Below are positions 1 through 9,784 of a DNA stretch of 64,000 nt, one piece after another. Position 1 is the stretch's first letter; each line of letters begins with the position of its first letter. Source of the DNA: a virus (taxonomy: Duplodnaviria; Heunggongvirae; Uroviricota; Caudoviricetes). Location of the stretch: IMG/VR virus record IMGVR_UViG_2595698548_000001, positions 194,140 through 258,139 of that record, one strand, 5' to 3'. The translations under genes were made by a program, and so were the position numbers. The notes below the pieces were generated by a model. The model saw only the letters and a list, made by a program, of their open reading frames with translations. It ran no database searches and was not told the origin of the DNA.

Positions 1-2018
1 GTGTCGTTCTGAAAGCGCCAATCACCCTGCTGGCTGGAGAGACTACGCGCTTCAACTGCTTGCTGGTAACGAATCGCTGCGACCTGACCACGATCAACGT
101 CACCTTTGGCGACTACTCGTCCATCCCGATGACGCCGTTCGTGTATCAGCTCCAGTCGCCCGGCCTGTCAAACTTCAACGCTGTCACCGTCCTCGATGGT
201 CAGATCAACGATGACGGTTCGACTTCGCCTGTGCTCGCCATGCGTTATGGTGGCGGCAGCTTCCAGTGGGCGTTCAGTAACCACACGCGCATCTTCTTCG
301 GGAAGCCCACTGCTGCAACCAGCACCAGCGTGACCATCGATGGTCTCGATCTGGATGAGAACGAAGTGGTCATCGGCCACATCGTCAACGGCAACGGCCT
401 GGGTCAAACTCGTCGCTGGCGTGTGCAGAACGGTCGTCTTGTCGAGGCAGACAATCGTCCGATCAACGGCCTGGATTCCAACTCGACTATCGCTGTTTGG
501 CAGCGTAGCGCTGGTGGCGGACAAGGCGGCGGCGCTTGCAGCTACCCGCCTTCGATGAATGGCGTGCCTGCTGACTGGGTTCTCGTTCGCGGTCATGGTG
601 CTTGCCCGCAGTGGGCTCCGCCTCGCTCTGGTGCTGGTAACACAGCCACGTTGTACTCGCCGCCAAGTCGTCTGACGATGAACACGGTGAGCTATACTGG
701 CGACGGCACCACCGCACGCTACCCGCTGGGTGCTCTTGAGCTGGAGAACGTCAACTACGTCCATCCAGTGCTCGGCGGTGTGAGTCAGCACCGTAGCTCG
801 TTCGACATGGCGGCCAACGAAATCGAGTTCGTGGAAAAGATCCCGATGGGTCTGCCTATCGAACTGCGCACGTACAACCGCATCCCGTCGAATGGTTCGC
901 GCCTGATCATCAAGACGGACTTCTTCGTCGGCGATGGTGTGACGCAGCGGTTCAAGATCAGCCAGCCGATTGAGAACGCCAACTACGTCAAGCCGTATCT
1001 GCGTGGTATTTTCCAGTTCATCACCACGTACACCTACGATGCTGCAACGCAAGAAGTGGTGTTCATCGGTCCTGTGCCTGCTGGCGTGGACGTGGAGCTG
1101 CGTTCATTCCGCTCCGAAGACTTCGAGGGGTCGAGTACCCAGATCAGCACCTACACGTACACCACGCGTGAGGACACACTGTTCCTGGAGTTGCCTATCT
1201 CTCCGCAGTCGGTTGAGTACGTCGAAATCAGCCAGAGTGGTGCGCACATTCACGCGAACCAGTACAGCCTGGTGGACAACAAGATCATCTTTGCAGGCAC
1301 CATTCGCAAAGACCTGGCGCTTGAAGTCACGGTGTACGACAACAAGATCAGCCAGGGCAGCGCCAACACCAACCTCAAAGGCGTGGTCGTCGATGCTGTG
1401 CTCTCCGGCCGTAGCTTGAAGTTGCTGCGCCACGGTGACAAGCCCATCAGCTTGCCGATTCCAGCAATCTCGCTGGAAGCTGGTCCAGGTATGCGTATCA
1501 GCGGACAACATCCGTTCTATCGGATCGAGTCCACAATCGCAAACCAGATGACAGACGCCAACGCCAACTTCAAGCACTCCGACATCCGGACGCAGAAGGA
1601 CTCTTCGGAGATTCAGTTCACTCATCGGGTGAATCTGAGCACCGACGTCATGGTATCTGTCCACGCCGACTTCTCTGCGCAGCTCGGCCCTGGCTTCGTG
1701 TCCGTCGAGGGCTTGGAGATTATGGAGTACGTGGTTGGTTTCCGTACTTCCAAGTCGCGTGAACCTGAGTACGGCCGGCAGATTGCAGGCACGGGTACTG
1801 CTGGTTTCAGCTCCTTGGCGGGAGACAAGAACGAGCGCGCCTACTCCAACGCTTCGTTGACCCAGGTGTATGACGTGATCGTTGCCAACCACGCTGCCGG
1901 TTACATCGACATCGTGGTGAAGATGCGAGTGAAGAACGCAAACGTGAGCCAGTATGGCTCGCTGCTGTCGTTGACCGTAAACATTGTCGGTACTCCGAAA
2001 ATCGCAGCCAGCGAGTAA
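1..2018 (+). CDS. virion structural (fibre/Ig-like repeat) protein, 5' partial
   Basis: The listed ORF 60..2018 starts at TTG, but the frame has no stop back to nt 3, so the N-terminus lies upstream of the window. It has three tandem ~90-aa repeats (..NVNYVHPVLGG.., ..NANYVKPYLRG.., ..SVEYVEISQSG..). Confidence 0.6.
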   Translation, partial: VVLKAPITLLAGETTRFNCLLVTNRCDLTTINVTFGDYSSIPMTPFVYQLQSPGLSNFNAVTVLDGQINDDGSTSPVLAMRYGGGSFQWAFSNHTRIFFGKPTAATSTSVTIDGLDLDENEVVIGHIVNGNGLGQTRRWRVQNGRLVEADNRPINGLDSNSTIAVWQRSAGGGQGGGACSYPPSMNGVPADWVLVRGHGACPQWAPPRSGAGNTATLYSPPSRLTMNTVSYTGDGTTARYPLGALELENVNYVHPVLGGVSQHRSSFDMAANEIEFVEKIPMGLPIELRTYNRIPSNGSRLIIKTDFFVGDGVTQRFKISQPIENANYVKPYLRGIFQFITTYTYDAATQEVVFIGPVPAGVDVELRSFRSEDFEGSSTQISTYTYTTREDTLFLELPISPQSVEYVEISQSGAHIHANQYSLVDNKIIFAGTIRKDLALEVTVYDNKISQGSANTNLKGVVVDAVLSGRSLKLLRHGDKPISLPIPAISLEAGPGMRISGQHPFYRIESTIANQMTDANANFKHSDIRTQKDSSEIQFTHRVNLSTDVMVSVHADFSAQLGPGFVSVEGLEIMEYVVGFRTSKSREPEYGRQIAGTGTAGFSSLAGDKNERAYSNASLTQVYDVIVANHAAGYIDIVVKMRVKNANVSQYGSLLSLTVNIVGTPKIAASE

Positions 2019-2021
2019 GTC

Positions 2022-2513
2022 ATGAACACTACGAACATGGAAAAACTCATCTGCTATGTCAATCTTGACGGCAGTTACGGACGTGCAACTCGGTTACCCG
2101 AAGGAGCTCAGGAAGTAGGAGAAGAAGTCCTGCAGCTCCTTGAGGAGAACCCTGACCTGATCGAAGTTCGCGTTGAGGGTGGTCTTATCCACGTCATCCC
2201 TTCGCTTATTTCCTACAAAGCGGAAGCCTGCGCTACTGTGCGTCGGGCGATCAACAAGCAAGTCCCTGGGGACGAACGCTTGAATCGCCTGATGCGTTCT
2301 ACCGTGCTCGGCATTGGCTGTTTCGATGTCGAGTCCGGTTTGCTCCTTGATGAAAAGGAGACGCGAGGCAATTTCCAAACCCTTGTGCAGTTGGACAACG
2401 ACTTGCGCTACTTGGAGGCGAAATACGTCTCCAAGATCAACCAAGCGCCTGACGTGACCACTGTGGATCATCACCTGGACGTATTCCAGAGAACTCTGCA
2501 AGGTACTGTATGA
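2022..2513 (+). CDS. hypothetical acidic protein (possible fibre chaperone)
   Basis: ATG at 2022 lies 4 nt after the upstream stop. Its 3' end overlaps the next gene by ATGA. Confidence 0.5.
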   Translation: MNTTNMEKLICYVNLDGSYGRATRLPEGAQEVGEEVLQLLEENPDLIEVRVEGGLIHVIPSLISYKAEACATVRRAINKQVPGDERLNRLMRSTVLGIGCFDVESGLLLDEKETRGNFQTLVQLDNDLRYLEAKYVSKINQAPDVTTVDHHLDVFQRTLQGTV

Positions 2514-3889
2514 GCGTAAACGGTGTGTCCGACTCTCCTCTTTTGGAGAAAGCAGTCAACGGAGATCAGACAAGAGTGCCGATAGGCGCACCGGTGATTA
2601 CAAACAACAAGAGCCAGATGTCGAAAAGCATCCAGCTCCTGACACCCGGTGCTGATCTCGTTACGCCTGAACTCACCCAGTTCGAGGCGTTCGGCGTGGA
2701 AGGCAAGGAGGCCTTCCGCAATGATAAAACCAAGGGCGTCGAGTTTCGTGACCGTACGTCCCCGAATGACAAGCTGATCGCGGAGTGGGCCTACGATCCT
2801 GTAGAGGGTTGTCTGGTACTGGTTCGCGTCAACAAGAAAGAAGAACGCATCTACGGGTTCCTGCGCCAAGAGTCGCTCGGTGTTGGTCCCACTGGTCCTC
2901 GCGGTAACCCTGGCAAAGACGGCCAAGACGGACGCGATGGGCGTGACGGTGCTGACGGTGATCCTGGCTGCCCTGGCGATCCAGGTCCTCCCGGCGATGA
3001 GGGTTATCCTGGTGCTGAAGGTAATCCAGGCCTCATCGGTATTCAAGGTCCAGAGGGCTGTGAAGGTGCATCCGGCGATCGGGGTCTTGTAGGACCACAA
3101 GGTCGCCCAGGCTTCGAGGGTTCTCGTGGTCTGACGGGCCCCTCTTGCGCAGATGATCGGTTCGGCAACAAGGGCCCGCAAGGTATTGCGTTTGGCAAGG
3201 GTGTCTTGTTCGGCGCTGCGCAGCTTTCAAACCCGGAAGCTGCCATTGTTGGCTTGGACGATGACGGCATCGACGCTGTTGCTCCTCCTGGCGGTTGGGA
3301 CGGTTCTTCGACTCCACCTCCAACTTCGCAGCCGACAAACCCACCGCCACCGCCGACTGCCTCTGCTGGCATTTCTCTGTGTACGAATCACGGTAACGTC
3401 AAGAATAGTTGTGGCAATACCGTTAACGCGTGGTACTCGACATGGGCAAACTACGCGGCGCCCGGCGGTGCCAAGGGCCTGTCCACTCTGCCTATCGCTC
3501 GGCAGAACACGGCGTTCTGGCCGAACAGCATCGTCATGTGCGGCACGCTGCGTAAGAATGCGAGCTACACCTTTGAGCTGTCCACGCCAAACGGTGTCGC
3601 ATCTTCTCTGTTCCTGAACTGCGCTATCGTCCTGCAGACAGATTACGTCGGCGGTACTTCCCGCAAGACCATGACCCTGACAGCAGATTCGTCGATTCGT
3701 CTGCGCTTCCTGAACAACGCCCCACGAATCCCGACGTGGTGCTCGTTGAAGATTTATGACGGTGCTACTGGTGCGTTGCTCTACAAGACAGGACAGAATG
3801 CACAGAATGCGGGCCTTTCTGGCGCAAACGCTTCCTACGTTATCGATCCTAACTGGAGAGGTAACGCTGCTGTTCAACAATACAACTAA
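2510..3889 (+). CDS. collagen-like tail fibre protein
   Basis: About 90 residues of uninterrupted G-X-Y triplets (GPTGPRGNPGKDGQDGRDG...). A Pro-rich linker (PPPTSQPTNPPPPP) is followed by a Cys-containing C-terminal domain. Confidence 0.8.
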   Translation: MSVNGVSDSPLLEKAVNGDQTRVPIGAPVITNNKSQMSKSIQLLTPGADLVTPELTQFEAFGVEGKEAFRNDKTKGVEFRDRTSPNDKLIAEWAYDPVEGCLVLVRVNKKEERIYGFLRQESLGVGPTGPRGNPGKDGQDGRDGRDGADGDPGCPGDPGPPGDEGYPGAEGNPGLIGIQGPEGCEGASGDRGLVGPQGRPGFEGSRGLTGPSCADDRFGNKGPQGIAFGKGVLFGAAQLSNPEAAIVGLDDDGIDAVAPPGGWDGSSTPPPTSQPTNPPPPPTASAGISLCTNHGNVKNSCGNTVNAWYSTWANYAAPGGAKGLSTLPIARQNTAFWPNSIVMCGTLRKNASYTFELSTPNGVASSLFLNCAIVLQTDYVGGTSRKTMTLTADSSIRLRFLNNAPRIPTWCSLKIYDGATGALLYKTGQNAQNAGLSGANASYVIDPNWRGNAAVQQYN

Positions 3890-3898
3890 GGTCGTCCC

Positions 3899-4588
3899 AT
3901 GATTGGTTTGACTCGTATTCCCACGGGCATGATCTTCGCCCCAGGCGAGGCCTCACAGACTGAGGTAGTAGTCGAAGACGATCACCTAAAAGCGGCGGAG
4001 CCTGTTGAGTCTGACATCAGTGAAATCGAGAGCGGGTTCTACGACTGGCAACTCGGCATCCTGACACTCGCCATGTACAACGGAACCGTCATCAAGATCA
4101 GCGGTTTCGCCACTGCCGGTAACATCCCTGCGGGCCCTACAGGTCCGCAAGGTCTGCCTGGTAAAGATGGTAAAGATGGACGTGATGGCAAAGACGGTGC
4201 CAAGGGTCCAGAGGGTTGCCAAGGCCCACAGGGTCCACAGGGTGCTCAAGGTGCTACAGGTCCTGATGGTCGTGATGGGCAGATGGGCCAACAAGGTCCC
4301 CGCGGCTGTCCTGGCCCAAAAGGCCCTCCTGGCGAACGTGGACCAACTGGTCCTATGGGTCCATTGGGTCCGACCGGTCCTAGAGGAGAACAAGGTGCGC
4401 AAGGTGCTCCCGGCGCTCCTGGTCCTGCGGGCACAGTGAACATCATCGTCTCTACTACTGATCCTGGTGCAGTTGGCGCCGGTTGGCTGTGGGTTAATCC
4501 AGGTGCGACAGGTGCCCCGAGCGGTGGTTCTGGTGGCGGCGGTTCTACTACGCCTACTGACCCTCCGATTGGGACGCCATGGCCTTAA
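3899..4588 (+). CDS. collagen-like fibre protein (M-x-GLTR-I/V-P N-terminal family)
   Basis: N-terminus MIGLTRIPTGMI..., about 100 aa of G-X-Y repeats, short C-terminal ..WLWVNPG.. tail. RBS AAGG upstream. Confidence 0.8.
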   Translation: MIGLTRIPTGMIFAPGEASQTEVVVEDDHLKAAEPVESDISEIESGFYDWQLGILTLAMYNGTVIKISGFATAGNIPAGPTGPQGLPGKDGKDGRDGKDGAKGPEGCQGPQGPQGAQGATGPDGRDGQMGQQGPRGCPGPKGPPGERGPTGPMGPLGPTGPRGEQGAQGAPGAPGPAGTVNIIVSTTDPGAVGAGWLWVNPGATGAPSGGSGGGGSTTPTDPPIGTPWP

Positions 4589-4602
4589 GGTAAGGTGAAC
4601 AC

Positions 4603-5124
4603 ATGACAGGCTTGACAAGAGTTCCTCTGAAAATGATCGGTGCCTCAGGGCAGCCCGGCGATGACGTTCGTTTCGACGGACGCGATGTCGCTGTGGTGCC
4701 CAGCACCGAGGACACGAACGACTACGGGCTCACCAGCGGTACGTATGACTCCATCGCTGGACGCCTGACCCTGGTGCTGCGCAACGGCGCCCGCCTCGAA
4801 CTCGACGGGTTCATCACCACTGGCGATATCGGCGTAGGCCCCGCTGGTCCGACAGGCCCCGCAGGCCGCGATGGTCGCGATGGCTTGAACGGCGTAGACG
4901 GCGAGAAGGGCGCCACTGGTTGCCAAGGCCCGGCCGGTCCTCCTGGTCGTCAAGGTCCTCGCGGTGAGCAAGGCATCCCAGGCCCCACGGGCCCCACAGG
5001 CGCTACCGGCCCAACAGGCCCGGCCGGGGAAGACGGCGTTCCGCAAATCTGGATTCAAACAGAAGACCCGGTCATCAAATCCGCAGATCACATAGTCCCC
5101 GGTGCATTGTGGGTGAAGCCGTAA
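4603..5124 (+). CDS. collagen-like fibre protein (same N-terminal family)
   Basis: N-terminus [12 protein letters not shown]..., G-X-Y repeat block, C-terminal ..ALWVKP. RBS AAGGTAAGGTGA upstream. Confidence 0.8.
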   Translation: MTGLTRVPLKMIGASGQPGDDVRFDGRDVAVVPSTEDTNDYGLTSGTYDSIAGRLTLVLRNGARLELDGFITTGDIGVGPAGPTGPAGRDGRDGLNGVDGEKGATGCQGPAGPPGRQGPRGEQGIPGPTGPTGATGPTGPAGEDGVPQIWIQTEDPVIKSADHIVPGALWVKP

Positions 5125-5136
5125 TGGAGTGACAAC

Positions 5137-8100
5137 ATGAGTCGTCTACGCATTCGAGACGCTAAGAATGTCAAATGGATTGACATTTGCCAGAGCGAAT
5201 GGCGTGTGCGGAACCCAGCCAACACGGGCTGGATTCGTATTACTCCGGCGCAGGGCATTAAAGCTCGACACGGTAGCGAGTATTACTGGCTCGACATTGA
5301 CTGTCTTGCAGAAGAAGGGACCGAAGATTGCGGCCAAGACGAATACGGCGGCACACCTGACGGTAAGGGTGAGAACGGCACCGGTCCGGGCAAACCCAGC
5401 ACTGGAGGCGGAGACGGCTCCGGTGGAGGTGGCGATGGCGGCGGTGGAGACGGAGGCGGTAACGGCGGAGACAATGGCTCTAACAACGGCGGCTCTGGCG
5501 ATGGCGGCGGTATCGATAACGGTCCGGATAGTCCGAGCTTCAACGATGGCGACTCCGGCTCCGGTAACGGCGGTAGCGGCTGGCAAGAAGATGCTCCGTA
5601 CCCACCTGGCTTCGACCTGCCTGACTCTGATGGGGACGGTGCCGGCGACAAGGGCGATTGCATCTACCGCCCGGGTTTGAACACCTGTGAGACCAAGCAA
5701 CCTATCGTTGTGCGTCCTGACATGGACTGCGGTACGAAGCGTCCCGGATCGTGGGACTGCCCGTTCGAGTGCCCGGATTCTGTTTCTGGCTCTGGCGCTG
5801 GTATTTCCGAGTTCTACATCAACATGGGCACCGCCTCGGGTAACATCAAGTTCCCGTGGATTGCCTCCGCTGGCGCTAGCTTCGATATTTACTATCGCGG
5901 CAAGCGGGTCGCAACAACCAGCGGCCAGCGTAAAGGCACTGGCGCCTTGACCTTCGTGTTCAACCCGGTGAACAACGACCCGATGCTGTTTGTCCGCGTG
6001 CGCTCCACGTACAAGACCAACACTTGGACGTTGCAGATCAAGTGCGTTGGCGATGACGACGATGACGGCACCATCAACAACCCGCGTCCGTGCCACGGCA
6101 CCTTCGAAGTCAAGAAAGAAGGCGGGCAAGGCACCTACGAGTTCTACCATAACCTTGGGCCGACTGCTGGTCTGACGGACATCCACTATCAAATGTGGAA
6201 TCAGCCAGACAAGATGGAAGTGTTCAACCATGCGGGCGTGTTGATTGCATCGACTGGTGGTTACGTTGCAGGCGAAGCTCACCTGAAATTTCAGCACACG
6301 CCTGGCGGGTCGAACATGGTGCGCGTGCGCATTACTGCGCGTGACCCAGGTACGTCTTGGATTTACCTGATCACCTGCCCAGGTGAAGACGGTAGCGAAG
6401 ATAACCCGCGTGAGTGTTCCGACACCTCAGCAGTTAAGTCTGGCGGTGCAGGCGTCACAGATACCTTCATCGACATGGGTTCGACTGCTGGTAAAGTTGG
6501 CATCCGCTACCAGATGTGGCAGATTCCGGACAAACTGGACGTCTATCAAGAGGGTACGCTCGTTGCGACAACCGGAGGTCCTGTTACGGGAGACCACTGG
6601 CTGTACTTCGACTACGATCCGAGTCGCGGTCAGAAGATTCAGGTGCGCGTCACTGGCTCGGGCGCCACGTCGTGGTCGTTCCTGCATACGTGCCCCGGGG
6701 ATGAAGACCCGAATATCAGTGTCAACTCGCCAAGCGTGCGTGAGGGTGCTGCAGGTGAGTCTCCGCAACTGTGCTGGACCATCACAATGGACAAGCCTCA
6801 GTCGCAACCAGTGACAGTGGACTACGCAACTGGCGGCGGCAACGCAAACCCGGTCGCTGCACAAGGTCGCATCTTGGCTTCCGACCAGTTCAACAATCCG
6901 TTCATCGCCGTTGTTGATCAAGCAAACTTCGGCAAAGTTGCGTTCGATGGGGGCTTCCCCAAGTTCTACAACTCGACCTACGTTGCACCGCAGCCGCCTC
7001 CGACGGGCGCACAGGTGTTCAACACATGGTGGCGTACTGCCGGTGCTGAGTTCTACACCAGCCCGAGCGGAATTCCTAGTGGTAGTGAAGCAAACGCATG
7101 GGCGTACAGTGCTGGGTCGGGCAACATCTCGTCCACAGTGAACTCCGCGAACATCATTTCCTTCATTTCGCCCACGGCATACGATAGCTATACCTTCGAG
7201 GCTACGCTGTCTTCTTCTGCTGCGGACGACGACATGATCGGCTTGGTTGCCGCATACGCTCGCGTCGGTAGTGACAACTACCAGATCATCGCTTCTCGCC
7301 AACGCGGCGGGTTGAACGCCTTCGGTAGCAACTGGTCGCTGGCTCTGGTGAAAAACAACTCTGTCGTGAAAGTGCTGGCGTCGAACGCTGTTGGCGGGAC
7401 GGGAAACTGGAACGGAACACGCACCCGCGTTCGTGTGCAGCGCGATTGTAACCAGATCAACGTCTGGTGCTCGGCTTACGGTAGCGAGACAATCTCGGAA
7501 AGCACCTTGCTGCAGGCTGACCTGACCAGTGAAGATTTGGCAGTGTTCGGCGGTGCTGCTACTCGCTGGGGCTTCACTGCCCAGTCGCAAGAGAACGCCA
7601 CGTTCAGCAGCATCTTCGTGTCTGGTATTGGCTTGCCGCCTGCGTTTACCTACCTGAAGAACATCGCCCTGTGGTCGCGTAAACCCGGCAACAGCAAAGC
7701 GTTGATTTTGTGCGACTCGGCTACGGTTAACCAGTACAACCTGGGCACTGCCGGAATGGCCTTCGGTGTTGGTATGCCGGAGACCCTGCGTTCTGTAGGC
7801 TTCGATGTCACTATGAGGTACCTGCCGGATATGGGGAACAAGATCACTGCCGCGGACTTGGCAGACTACGGCTTCTTGGTCGTGCTGTCTACAGATCACA
7901 CCGGGGTCAACCACGCGACCGGCACCAGTGCAGCCGTCGTGGCGAACTGGGTGAAGAATGGCGGCGGTTTGTTTATCGTCACTGACCACGACGTGTTTCA
8001 AGCTACTGCGAATGCTTTGGCTGCTCCGTACAACATCGAGTTCTACGCTTCCGTCGATCGGAGCCCGGTGAGTGTTGGTCAGATCATCGCGTCGCATGGT

Positions 8101-8790
8101 GATCACCCGGCTTGGGAAGGGTTGAGTTGTAAGTCGATCCCAGCTGGCGGTAGTGAAGGTGCCATTCGCATCAAGCAAGTGCGCAGTGATTACAGCCCGA
8201 TTTCAGGTACTGTTACCTTCGCGCCTGGTGAAACGTCCAAGGAAGTGTGTGCGCCGATCATCGGCAACGACACGCAGGATGGTGACCGTACCATCAACAT
8301 GAACATCAGCAATGCGTCCAAGGGAAACATCACAGTGCCCACAGGTACTGGGACGATCATCGACGACGATAGTGCGCTGTGCCGGCAAAATCCGCAGGGC
8401 GTAGTGTATGAAAGAGCTGGTGGTGGAGATGGTGCTTACCTGATGCACGTTCAGCCTGATTACAACTGTGCGGCAGGCAACACGAAGTACCTGATGATGG
8501 CGAACTTGACGTTCCCGTACACGGGCCCGTACGTTATCACCATGACGTCCGACGATGACTTCGAGCTGTACATCGACTGTAAGAAGGTTGCGTCTGGTCC
8601 GATCGGTACTCGGCAGTACACCGTGAACATCAACGCAGGTACACGCAACGTCATCCTTCGATACTTGAACGTGCCAAACTGTACGCCTGGTTACGCTGGC
8701 TTTACCGCCCGCTACAACAACCTGATGGTGTACTCGACGCGCGCTGCTGATTGGAAGGGTCAAGCCAATAGCATTGGAGAAATCGAGTAA
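5137..8790 (+). CDS. giant multidomain adhesin-like fibre protein (Calx-beta x2, PA14-like, GATase1/ThuA-like, 3 Cys-bounded beta repeats)
   Basis: RBS GGAGTGA. Domain order: ~56-aa N-terminal domain, Gly/Asp low-complexity linker, three ~100-aa repeats bounded by Cys (..HYQMWNQPDKMEVFN.. / ..RYQMWQIPDKLDVYQ..), a Calx-beta-like motif (VTVDYATGGGNA), a GATase1/ThuA-like segment (..GGGLFIVTDHD..), a second Calx-beta-like segment (..TGTGTIIDDD), and a PA14-like C-terminus (..YTGPYVITMTSDDDFELYIDCKKV..). Confidence 0.8.
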   Translation: MSRLRIRDAKNVKWIDICQSEWRVRNPANTGWIRITPAQGIKARHGSEYYWLDIDCLAEEGTEDCGQDEYGGTPDGKGENGTGPGKPSTGGGDGSGGGGDGGGGDGGGNGGDNGSNNGGSGDGGGIDNGPDSPSFNDGDSGSGNGGSGWQEDAPYPPGFDLPDSDGDGAGDKGDCIYRPGLNTCETKQPIVVRPDMDCGTKRPGSWDCPFECPDSVSGSGAGISEFYINMGTASGNIKFPWIASAGASFDIYYRGKRVATTSGQRKGTGALTFVFNPVNNDPMLFVRVRSTYKTNTWTLQIKCVGDDDDDGTINNPRPCHGTFEVKKEGGQGTYEFYHNLGPTAGLTDIHYQMWNQPDKMEVFNHAGVLIASTGGYVAGEAHLKFQHTPGGSNMVRVRITARDPGTSWIYLITCPGEDGSEDNPRECSDTSAVKSGGAGVTDTFIDMGSTAGKVGIRYQMWQIPDKLDVYQEGTLVATTGGPVTGDHWLYFDYDPSRGQKIQVRVTGSGATSWSFLHTCPGDEDPNISVNSPSVREGAAGESPQLCWTITMDKPQSQPVTVDYATGGGNANPVAAQGRILASDQFNNPFIAVVDQANFGKVAFDGGFPKFYNSTYVAPQPPPTGAQVFNTWWRTAGAEFYTSPSGIPSGSEANAWAYSAGSGNISSTVNSANIISFISPTAYDSYTFEATLSSSAADDDMIGLVAAYARVGSDNYQIIASRQRGGLNAFGSNWSLALVKNNSVVKVLASNAVGGTGNWNGTRTRVRVQRDCNQINVWCSAYGSETISESTLLQADLTSEDLAVFGGAATRWGFTAQSQENATFSSIFVSGIGLPPAFTYLKNIALWSRKPGNSKALILCDSATVNQYNLGTAGMAFGVGMPETLRSVGFDVTMRYLPDMGNKITAADLADYGFLVVLSTDHTGVNHATGTSAAVVANWVKNGGGLFIVTDHDVFQATANALAAPYNIEFYASVDRSPVSVGQIIASHGDHPAWEGLSCKSIPAGGSEGAIRIKQVRSDYSPISGTVTFAPGETSKEVCAPIIGNDTQDGDRTINMNISNASKGNITVPTGTGTIIDDDSALCRQNPQGVVYERAGGGDGAYLMHVQPDYNCAAGNTKYLMMANLTFPYTGPYVITMTSDDDFELYIDCKKVASGPIGTRQYTVNINAGTRNVILRYLNVPNCTPGYAGFTARYNNLMVYSTRAADWKGQANSIGEIE

Positions 8791-8960
8791 TGGCTGTCAG
8801 ACTGCGAGTTCGTCAATCGACTAGCAGTCCGTGGATCGAGAACTTCGATAAGCTCGGGTGGAAGCTAAGGAATAGCTCCAATTCTGGATGGATTCAGATG
8901 CACCCGGGCAACACGAAAGTCCGCTCTTCGGACAACACACGCTGGCTCAATGTGAAGTGA
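8790..8960 (+). CDS. unannotated small protein (56 aa), paralog of the N-terminal domain of the 5137..8790 protein
   Basis: ATG overlaps the TAA of the upstream gene (TAATGG). Translation [56 protein letters not shown] aligns with MSRLRIRDAKNVKWIDICQSEWRVRNPANTGWIRITPAQGIKARHGSEYYWLDIDC. It falls below the 60-aa cutoff of the ORF track. Confidence 0.5.
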   Translation: MAVRLRVRQSTSSPWIENFDKLGWKLRNSSNSGWIQMHPGNTKVRSSDNTRWLNVK

Positions 8961-8967
8961 GGAAACT

Positions 8968-9774
8968 ATGAGTGGATTGACAAGAATCCCGCTCCCGATG
9001 ATCGATCCTGGCGCTGGCGTCGCTAACGACGAGGTGAAATTCAACGGAGAGCGCCTCGAATTGCAAAACCCGGACGACGATACCGATGTCCAGGTCACGG
9101 AAGGTGTGTACGACCCAGAGACAGGCACGTTGACTCTGCGCAAAGCAGACAACTCTGTGCTCAACATTCGCGGCTTCTTGACCAAGGCGAGTGTCGGTGT
9201 AGGCCCCACTGGCCCAACAGGTCCTCAGGGTAAGCCTGGTATCAACGGGCGCAACGGCAAAGATGGTCGCGTAGGTGATCAAGGCTGCGTGGGGCCCAAA
9301 GGTGATCCAGGCCCAGCAGGCCCGACGGGCCCAGCAGGTCCGGGTGGCGGTATCGGTGCTCAGGGCGCTACTGGCCCAACTGGTCCAACTGGTCCGACAG
9401 GCCCTGCTGGACTTGACGGTAAGGCACCAACGTTCGGCGTAGGCGAAGTGGATGCTTACGAGTTCTACGAGAATCACAGCCTTAAATGTTGGGGCCGATT
9501 CACGTCGGAAGATGCGGCAGTTTTCCAGCGCGTCGTATTCCCGGAAGCCTTCGAGCGAGACAAGCCACGGGTCATGCTTCTGCAATTCATCGACCCGAAG
9601 AGCAACGTCAAGAACGCCGTGCGCATCGACCGTATCAACAAAGGCAACGCCGAGTTGAGTGTGGATGCTTCCATGTTGGAGCAAGAATCCGATGGTGAAG
9701 GCGGCACGCGACCTGTAGCTGCTACCGGTTGGGACTTCTACTGGTTCGTCATCGGCAGCGACGCCGACGCATAA
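8968..9774 (+). CDS. collagen-like fibre protein (M-x-GLTR-I/V-P family) with globular C-terminal domain
   Basis: N-terminus [12 protein letters not shown]..., G-X-Y block, about 110-aa C-terminal domain. RBS GTGAGGAAA. Confidence 0.8.
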   Translation: MSGLTRIPLPMIDPGAGVANDEVKFNGERLELQNPDDDTDVQVTEGVYDPETGTLTLRKADNSVLNIRGFLTKASVGVGPTGPTGPQGKPGINGRNGKDGRVGDQGCVGPKGDPGPAGPTGPAGPGGGIGAQGATGPTGPTGPTGPAGLDGKAPTFGVGEVDAYEFYENHSLKCWGRFTSEDAAVFQRVVFPEAFERDKPRVMLLQFIDPKSNVKNAVRIDRINKGNAELSVDASMLEQESDGEGGTRPVAATGWDFYWFVIGSDADA

Positions 9775-9784
9775 GGAGAAAGCT

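Noticed and set aside
2880-5040. Short ORFs in alternative frames or the opposite strand of the collagen-repeat regions (e.g. 3043..3372 -, 4246..4446 -, 4722..4916 -)
   Set aside because: G-X-Y coding DNA (GGN-CCN-NNN) is open in several frames. These are Pro/Gly/Ala frame artefacts.
6427-8178. 583-aa ORF on the minus strand inside the 5137..8790 gene
   Set aside because: Antisense to a strongly supported coding frame. In 60% GC DNA, long antisense ORFs arise by chance. Its composition is Arg/Ala/Val-rich with no start context.
2886-9420. Periodic 9-nt repeats, considered as a possible CRISPR-like or tandem DNA repeat array
   Set aside because: The periodicity is codon-level G-X-Y collagen coding. 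There are no direct repeats with unique spacers.
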